From: Candidatus Latescibacterota bacterium
Lineage (GTDB): Bacteria > Latescibacterota > UBA2968 > GCA-2709665
Direction of reading: 5' to 3'
NCBI GenBank assembly: GCA_965203805.1
Contig: OZ241917.1
Location: 3,520,001 to 3,584,000 of the forward strand
Length of the DNA: 64,000 bases
Part shown: one piece after another, positions 58,537 to 64,000 of the stretch
How positions within the stretch are numbered: position 1 is the stretch's first letter
How the letters are laid out: each line of letters begins with the position of its first letter
The notes under the pieces: model-generated
What the model was told of the DNA's origin: nothing
The model's input: the letters and a program-made list of their open reading frames with translations, nothing else
Database searches by the model: none
Program-made: the position numbers and the translations under genes

Positions 58537-59451
58537 CTACCGGCGAGCCACCAATCGCTCGATGGCTTCTTCCAATAGCAGATGCGTCGTGGGGCTGCCG
58601 CCGACACGATCGTATGCGACCTCTCCATCCGGCAGAATGATAACGTTTCTTGGAAGTGCATTTCCGAATATCTCATTCGCCGACTCGTTGTACAATGCCT
58701 GTGTGTATGCAAATCGGCGGCGCTCGAGGAACCGCGAAAGGTCTTCCGGCGTGTCCACCGCAATGGCCAGGAACGAAATGCTCTCGTGACCGCTGTACTT
58801 CTCCACCAATTCGTTCAGCCCGGGCATCTCAGCGATGCACGGGCTGCAGGTGGTTGCCCACCAATTGACCACGACGATCCTGCCTCGAAGATCCGCGATG
58901 GCGAGAGAATCGCCATTGAGAAGCTGCACCTGAAAATCCGGAATCCGAGCATGCATCTTCAGCAATACCTTGCCATCCTCGCCTGATACACCTCCTCGCA
59001 CCGAAAGGGAGTACGCCTGGTTTTCCTGCCTGTATAAGAGCAGTCTCTGGGCGGGAAGGACCCGGATCTCCACGTTAACGGTTCCCGGAGTTGCGCCAAG
59101 CGCCTTCAAGTCAACCGAACCGCTGTAGACGTCCGATTCGCCCCTCTTCATGGATCCCCTTGTCATCCTGACGTTTCCTATATCGTCAAGGCCCGCCACC
59201 CAGAACCGGTCCGCTCCCTTGCTATTTTTTCCCCAGACGACTACCACTGTTCCTGTGGCTCCTTCCACGTTAATCTGCGCCTGCCTTACATCGGTCCACG
59301 AAAGTCGGTTCAGCGGAGCGACTTCTGGCGCTCCGTCTACGAAAAAGGACGCCAAAAACGTCTCCTGCTTTTCAGAAGCCTGGATCTCGCCTTTGTAGGC
59401 GACCAGGGCGAACAAGGAACAGATGCCAGTCACCAGTACCGTTCTAACCAT
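58537..59451 (-). CDS. TlpA-like thiol-disulfide oxidoreductase with N-terminal extension
   Basis: VVNWWATTCSPCIAEMP; cis-Pro LPRN; N-terminal signal/anchor; GGGGAG RBS. Confidence 0.85.
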   Translation of the reverse strand: MVRTVLVTGICSLFALVAYKGEIQASEKQETFLASFFVDGAPEVAPLNRLSWTDVRQAQINVEGATGTVVVVWGKNSKGADRFWVAGLDDIGNVRMTRGSMKRGESDVYSGSVDLKALGATPGTVNVEIRVLPAQRLLLYRQENQAYSLSVRGGVSGEDGKVLLKMHARIPDFQVQLLNGDSLAIADLRGRIVVVNWWATTCSPCIAEMPGLNELVEKYSGHESISFLAIAVDTPEDLSRFLERRRFAYTQALYNESANEIFGNALPRNVIILPDGEVAYDRVGGSPTTHLLLEEAIERLVARR

Positions 59452-59548
59452 GGGTTCTCCCCCTTTACGGAGCGCCCGGAGACGTCTCTCAAGGAAGTTA
59501 TTGTTATTACGGCGCAGGCCGCGGAACCGAAGGCCGATCACGATCGGC

Positions 59549-60373
59549 TTATCTCTCCTTCAATCGAATCGAACCGTTGACGGTCTTCAACTGAATCAGT
59601 CGCCCGCCGCCATTGATGACGCCGTCAACCGACTTGCTGATGAGGCCCGTCACGGTAACCGGAAAATCCGTATTGATCTTTCCGTTTACCGTGGATGCTT
59701 TCAGGTTTGCTTTCAGCCCTATTGGCAGCGTCACCTCGATGCCGCCATTTGTCGTTCTGGTGCGAATATCGTTAGGTTCGTCGCCAACCCCGGAAAGCGC
59801 GACCTCGATCTTTCCGTTTGTCGTCTTCGCCTCGATCGGTCCCAGCACATCCGAAAGCCCGATGTTCCCATTCGTCGCCCCCGCCTGGATCGCTCCCACG
59901 ACGCCGGTCAGCTCGATTCGGCCGTTGGTCGTCTTTGCATCGACGGCTCCTGAGACGTCGTCGACGTCCACGCGTCCGTTGGCCGTTTTCAATTCCAGGT
60001 CGATGGCTTTCGGTACCGTGACCGTATAGGCGACGCTGACGTTCCGGTTCGTTCCAGGTTTCTTGGGCGCTTCCGAGCGGATGTCAATCCGATCCCCGGT
60101 CTGGTCGAACCTCACCGTGGTTTTTTCCAGAAGCAGCCGCGCTTCGTCTTCGCTTTCGGCGCGCGCTCTCTTTTTTGCCTTCATCTTGACCTCGTGCCGG
60201 TCCCACGATTCGATCGTAATATCCCCGTTGACGTTGACAAGCGTCAATCGTCCCCCCGGCGAAAACTCGACCGTTCGCTCGACGACCTCCTCTACAACAG
60301 ACTTCCCGGCGCCACAACCCGCAGGCGCCAGGCAAAGGCAGTACACGACGATAGCATAAGCGATCTGTTTCAT
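59549..60373 (-). CDS. DUF4097 beta-strand-repeat (putative adhesin) lipoprotein
   Basis: Lipobox-like PAGC; T.NG.I repeats; GAGGAGGA RBS. Confidence 0.85.
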   Translation of the reverse strand: MKQIAYAIVVYCLCLAPAGCGAGKSVVEEVVERTVEFSPGGRLTLVNVNGDITIESWDRHEVKMKAKKRARAESEDEARLLLEKTTVRFDQTGDRIDIRSEAPKKPGTNRNVSVAYTVTVPKAIDLELKTANGRVDVDDVSGAVDAKTTNGRIELTGVVGAIQAGATNGNIGLSDVLGPIEAKTTNGKIEVALSGVGDEPNDIRTRTTNGGIEVTLPIGLKANLKASTVNGKINTDFPVTVTGLISKSVDGVINGGGRLIQLKTVNGSIRLKER

Positions 60374-60410
60374 TTCGATATGTCCTCCTCAATCGGGTAA
60401 CAGCGAATAT

Positions 60411-60777
60411 CCTTGATTCGTCACTTTTCGGAGAAGTTAAATCGAATATACGCGAGTTAATAAACGCGATTTGACGGCGGATTTCCAGGAACCTTCAGGT
60501 CACTGGACGTGAACGGAAAAAACATCCTCTTAGACGACCTCTACACCCCGTTTCGGAAATTTTCTCCGCGGTGTCGGCTTGCTGGATTCTTCGATATAAG
60601 GCAAGTTGCCACAACACACACGAAAATCAGGTATCCTGTTACCGGGCGTATGGCCGAAAGACAAGGAAATACCTGCAGGGTCAAGGCGTTACGACACCCG
60701 CCGTTTCGCACCGATACATCTTGTGCCTTTTGTGCTTTTTGTGGCTAATTTTACGTTTGTCTTTTTTCGAATTGAGG
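60411..60777 (-). repeat. Inverted counterpart of 47061-47318 with ~110 bp extra
   Basis: See 47061-47318. Confidence 0.85.
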
Positions 60778-60778
60778 T

Positions 60779-63142
60779 TTATTCATACCGCAACGCATCC
60801 ACCGGATTCGCGCGGGCCGTCCAGACTGTCCGGGCGCTCACCGTCAGCAGCACGACCGCAAACGTCAGTACGCCACCCATAACGAACGTCCCGACTCCCG
60901 GATCGATGCGATACGCGAAATCCCGCAGCCATCGATCCATCGCCCACCAGGCGGCCGGCCACGCGATTACATTGGCAATCCCCACCAGCAGCACGAACTC
61001 ACGGGACAACAGACTCACGACGTCTGTCACACTGGCGCCCGATATCTTCCGAATGCCAATCTCCTTCGTCCGCCGCGTTACGGCATACGCCGTCAATCCA
61101 AACGCCCCCAGACACGCAACAAGAAGGGCGAGCAGCGTTCCGTACCCGATGATTCGATGCAATCGCTCTTCGGTTCGGTATTGGCGATCGATGCTTTCAT
61201 CGAGGAAAAAATAGCGGAATCCGGAAGACTGTGTTACGGCTTCCCATTGATCCTTCATATACGCCAGTGTGCCGGGCAGATCGTCGGGACGGACCCGAAC
61301 CATCAGTCGGTCGTATGGATAATCCGGATCGCATTTCAGCAGTGCGGGGCCAATCTTGTGATGGAGCGAACGAAAATGAAAATCGTTCACCACCCCGATC
61401 ACCGTCATTTCGTCGAAAAATCTCAATGTCTTTCCGATCGGCGACCCCGGCCCCAGCCGACTGGCCAGCGTTTCATTGATAACCACGGACGCGGCAGGGT
61501 CTGCTGCAAGATCCCGCGAATAATTCCGCCCTTCGATCAACGCGATGTCCAGCGTTGGAAGAAAATCGAAATCGACATAGAACACCTCCACGCCCTTGAT
61601 GGCCGTTCCTTCATGGTCCACACCACCCCGCGACTGTTGTCTGTTGTCCATCAGGTGGAACATACCGGTCACACCGAGAATCGCGTGATGTGATAGGAGC
61701 GCGTCCCGATAGGTTTCGATGCCTTCGTTCCCCGGGGTTCGCAGCTTGCCGATTTGACTCACGCCAATCAGGTGTTCACTGTCAAAGCCGAGGGGTCTGT
61801 TCCGTAGATAGTCAAGCTGAAGGGTCACCACGAGGGCACAGATGACCAGTGCCGCGGACATCGCGATCTGAAAGACCAGGAGAAACCTGCTGATAAGTCC
61901 TGCCCCTACAATTCTCAATCGGTTGTTGAGCACATGAATCGGCACAAAACCGGCCAGGACAAACGCAGGGTAGCTGCCAGCAGACAACCCCACGATCAAG
62001 GCCAGGCCGATCAACGCGGCCACTGCCGATCCATCCAGATTCTCAGCCAATGAAAGCTCCTGATCCATCAGGCTGTTGAACAACGGCATCAGCACTTCTG
62101 CCAGTACAAGGCCGACCATCAATGCGACGACGCTCAGCAATATCGATTCCGATAGAAATCGCGCGACAACCTGAGTTCTGCGCGCACCAGCCACTTTGCG
62201 TATGCCTACCTCTCGCGCCCGGGATGGCGACCTTCCCAGCGCAAGGGTCGTAAAATTCACACATGCGATTAACAGTATCAGAATTGCAAGGCACAACAGA
62301 ATGTAGCTATAGGCCCGGTCGGTGGCGGGTTCGGGTCCACGGATATCAGGACTGAAGTGCACATCCTCGAGGGGCTGTAATTTCAATTCCTGCTTCTCGC
62401 CCATAATGGGCCACGACCACGTGATGAAACGCGGGAACAGGCCTTCCAATGCCGCGACGTCGATCCGGTCGCGCAACAATGCGTATATGCTGGTATTGCT
62501 TGTCATATTCCACGTGTTCAGCGCGTCCTCGACATTCTCAAAGGACTGTAGAAAGCCGAACTGAATGCTGGAAGCCTCGGGAACATCCTTCAGAATGCCC
62601 GAAATCAAAACCTGGCGCACTTCTGAATCACGTGTAAATGATATCGATTTGCCCAGTGGATCTTCTCTTCCGAAGAATCTCCGAGCGGCTTTTTCTGAAA
62701 TAACGATGGCGTCCTTGCTATCAAGCACCGTTTTCGGGTCGCCTTTCAGCAATGGAAACGTAAAGACATCCCAAAAACCCGGATCCACATATGCGATTCG
62801 CTCCCTGAATGAACGGTCGCCATATCGGAACGTGCGAGACGTGCTATGGATTCTCACCACGCGTTGCATTTGTTCGGGAAATGCTTCCGCCAACGCCGGA
62901 CCGAGAGGACCCGGCATGATCGCCGTGGCGACACTTCCTTCGCCCACTTCACCCCTGTTGTACACACGATATATCCGATCTGCCTTTTCGTGAAATGCGT
63001 CAAAAGACCATTCGTGCCGCACGTACAGGAACGCCAGAATGGAAAACGCAATGCCAAACGCGAGCCCTATGATGTTGATGGCTGAATACACTTTGTGGCG
63101 TATGAGGTCGCGGTACGCCACGGTCAGATAATTTCGGAGCAT
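60779..63142 (-). CDS. ABC transporter permease, duplicated MacB/FtsX type
   Basis: MLRNYL, REVGIRK/KEIGIRK, NPVDALRYE; start context GAGGCACAGGATCCATGCTCCGAAATTATCTG is identical to that at 58282. Confidence 0.92.
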   Translation of the reverse strand: MLRNYLTVAYRDLIRHKVYSAINIIGLAFGIAFSILAFLYVRHEWSFDAFHEKADRIYRVYNRGEVGEGSVATAIMPGPLGPALAEAFPEQMQRVVRIHSTSRTFRYGDRSFRERIAYVDPGFWDVFTFPLLKGDPKTVLDSKDAIVISEKAARRFFGREDPLGKSISFTRDSEVRQVLISGILKDVPEASSIQFGFLQSFENVEDALNTWNMTSNTSIYALLRDRIDVAALEGLFPRFITWSWPIMGEKQELKLQPLEDVHFSPDIRGPEPATDRAYSYILLCLAILILLIACVNFTTLALGRSPSRAREVGIRKVAGARRTQVVARFLSESILLSVVALMVGLVLAEVLMPLFNSLMDQELSLAENLDGSAVAALIGLALIVGLSAGSYPAFVLAGFVPIHVLNNRLRIVGAGLISRFLLVFQIAMSAALVICALVVTLQLDYLRNRPLGFDSEHLIGVSQIGKLRTPGNEGIETYRDALLSHHAILGVTGMFHLMDNRQQSRGGVDHEGTAIKGVEVFYVDFDFLPTLDIALIEGRNYSRDLAADPAASVVINETLASRLGPGSPIGKTLRFFDEMTVIGVVNDFHFRSLHHKIGPALLKCDPDYPYDRLMVRVRPDDLPGTLAYMKDQWEAVTQSSGFRYFFLDESIDRQYRTEERLHRIIGYGTLLALLVACLGAFGLTAYAVTRRTKEIGIRKISGASVTDVVSLLSREFVLLVGIANVIAWPAAWWAMDRWLRDFAYRIDPGVGTFVMGGVLTFAVVLLTVSARTVWTARANPVDALRYE

Positions 63143-63242
63143 GGATCCTGTGCCTCCAGTCGAAGACTTCCTCATCCATTCCCCTAAGTCCTCTGCATAT
63201 CGGACAAAAATGGATCGCAGCCACCCCGGCGGTCTATGATAA

Positions 63243-63359
63243 TGCGATTATTGTGCCAGTGAAACAAGCTATTAATTAACAAATGGTTGCGACATATAAC
63301 GGTCCCTGCGGCCGACCGCAAGTGTTCGATAATGACACACTGCTGTGCGAAAATGAACA
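63243..63359 (-). promoter_or_regulatory. sigma54 promoter with IHF-like site and two UAS palindromes
   Basis: TGGCAC-N5-TCGC (63258-63243); TAACAAatggTTG (63277-63289); TGT-N11-ACA (63323-63339) and TGT-N10-ACA (63344-63359). Confidence 0.8.
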
Positions 63360-63535
63360 CTCTGTCGGGCGACTCACCGTCGCGGGGACGGATATCGGAC
63401 AATTGGCCGAAAGCGGACGGGTGGAGCATCCGACGATTTATAACGGTCATTATCGCAAATATGGAATTGCATCAGGACCGGAATCTTGTGATATTTGCCT
63501 GGGGACTAACCTACAGCCTGACCCGGAGGATGCCG

Positions 63536-63763
63536 ATGTACAAGATTTCCCTTACTGAAGCCAAATCGCGATTGGCTGAACTGGTTAAGGAAGCCGTGAG
63601 CGGTGAAGAAATTATCATTACTCAGCAAAATGGCTCTGCAGTTAGACTGGTACCCCTCGCGTCCGACAAACCTGTTCCAGAATTCGGTAGCGCCCGGGGA
63701 CTCGTAGAGATGACTGACGATTTCGACGAACCTATTAAGGGTTTCGAGAATTATGCCCCATGA
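63536..63763 (+). CDS. Phd/YefM-family antitoxin
   Basis: ISLTEAKSRLAELV..GEEIIIT..FGSARG..DDFDEP; GGAGG RBS. Confidence 0.88.
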   Translation: MYKISLTEAKSRLAELVKEAVSGEEIIITQQNGSAVRLVPLASDKPVPEFGSARGLVEMTDDFDEPIKGFENYAP

Positions 63764-64000
63764 AGTTGCTTCTCGACACACACACCTTTCTGTGGTTTAT
63801 AGGTGGGAGTTCCAATCTTGCCGCAGGCGCACGGAGTTTGATAGAGAATTCGGAAAATGAGCGCCTTTTGAGCATAGCCAGTTTGTGGGAAATAGCCATA
63901 AAAATCAGCATTGGAAAACTACGACTCAACACTTCGTTTAGGAACTTGCATGAACGACAAATCAAAGGAAATGGCATTGATTTACTACAAATCTATCCAT
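63760..64000 (+). CDS. vapC: VapC PIN-domain toxin (partial, runs off the window)
   Basis: Manual translation MKLLLDTHTFLW..SIASLWEIAIK.S.GKL; ATGA overlap with the antitoxin. Confidence 0.88.
   Translation, partial: MKLLLDTHTFLWFIGGSSNLAAGARSLIENSENERLLSIASLWEIAIKISIGKLRLNTSFRNLHERQIKGNGIDLLQIYP

Noticed and set aside
63287-63535. 158-aa extended antitoxin ORF
   Set aside because: The extension overlaps the sigma54 UAS region; the RBS supports a start at 63536.

Overview
Bacterial window with no rRNA, tRNA or CRISPR array. The gene content (tandem PhyH dioxygenases, several Gfo/Idh/MocA genes, dockerin-like and FlgD-tailed secreted proteins, a plant-type LRR protein, multiple MacB-like permeases) resembles Latescibacterota/Gemmatimonadota-like marine or sponge-associated bacteria; this assignment is inference only. 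From left to right: (1) a PhyH gene and a toxin-antitoxin patch (hicBA, brnTA, a DUF2442 remnant). (2) A cobalamin-riboswitch-led uptake operon (btuF, btuB, dockerin-tailed beta-propeller, 5'-truncated cbiB, secreted tandem-Cache/FlgD protein, btuD, btuC). (3) An mcrBC defence locus with an IS630 inserted just upstream and a decayed paralogous mcrB 5' end. (4) An SDR / QueA-like / Cys-GAF kinase / NarL-type regulator operon with two lux-box-like sites. (5) Heparinase II/III-like and Kelch genes. (6) A 1563-aa dockerin-LRR-metalloprotease. (7) A catabolic enzyme cluster. (8) An efflux cluster (ECF sigma, adaptor, ATPase, three MacB-like permeases) with two matching sigma54/IHF/UAS promoters. 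(9) A phd-vapC pair running off the window end. Intergenic DNA is dense with REP/MITE-like elements. Several accessory genes (mcrBC, the LRR protease, a four-helix-bundle gene, one permease cassette, hicBA) are each bracketed by their own direct-repeat pair. Family assignments come from motif recognition, not database searches.
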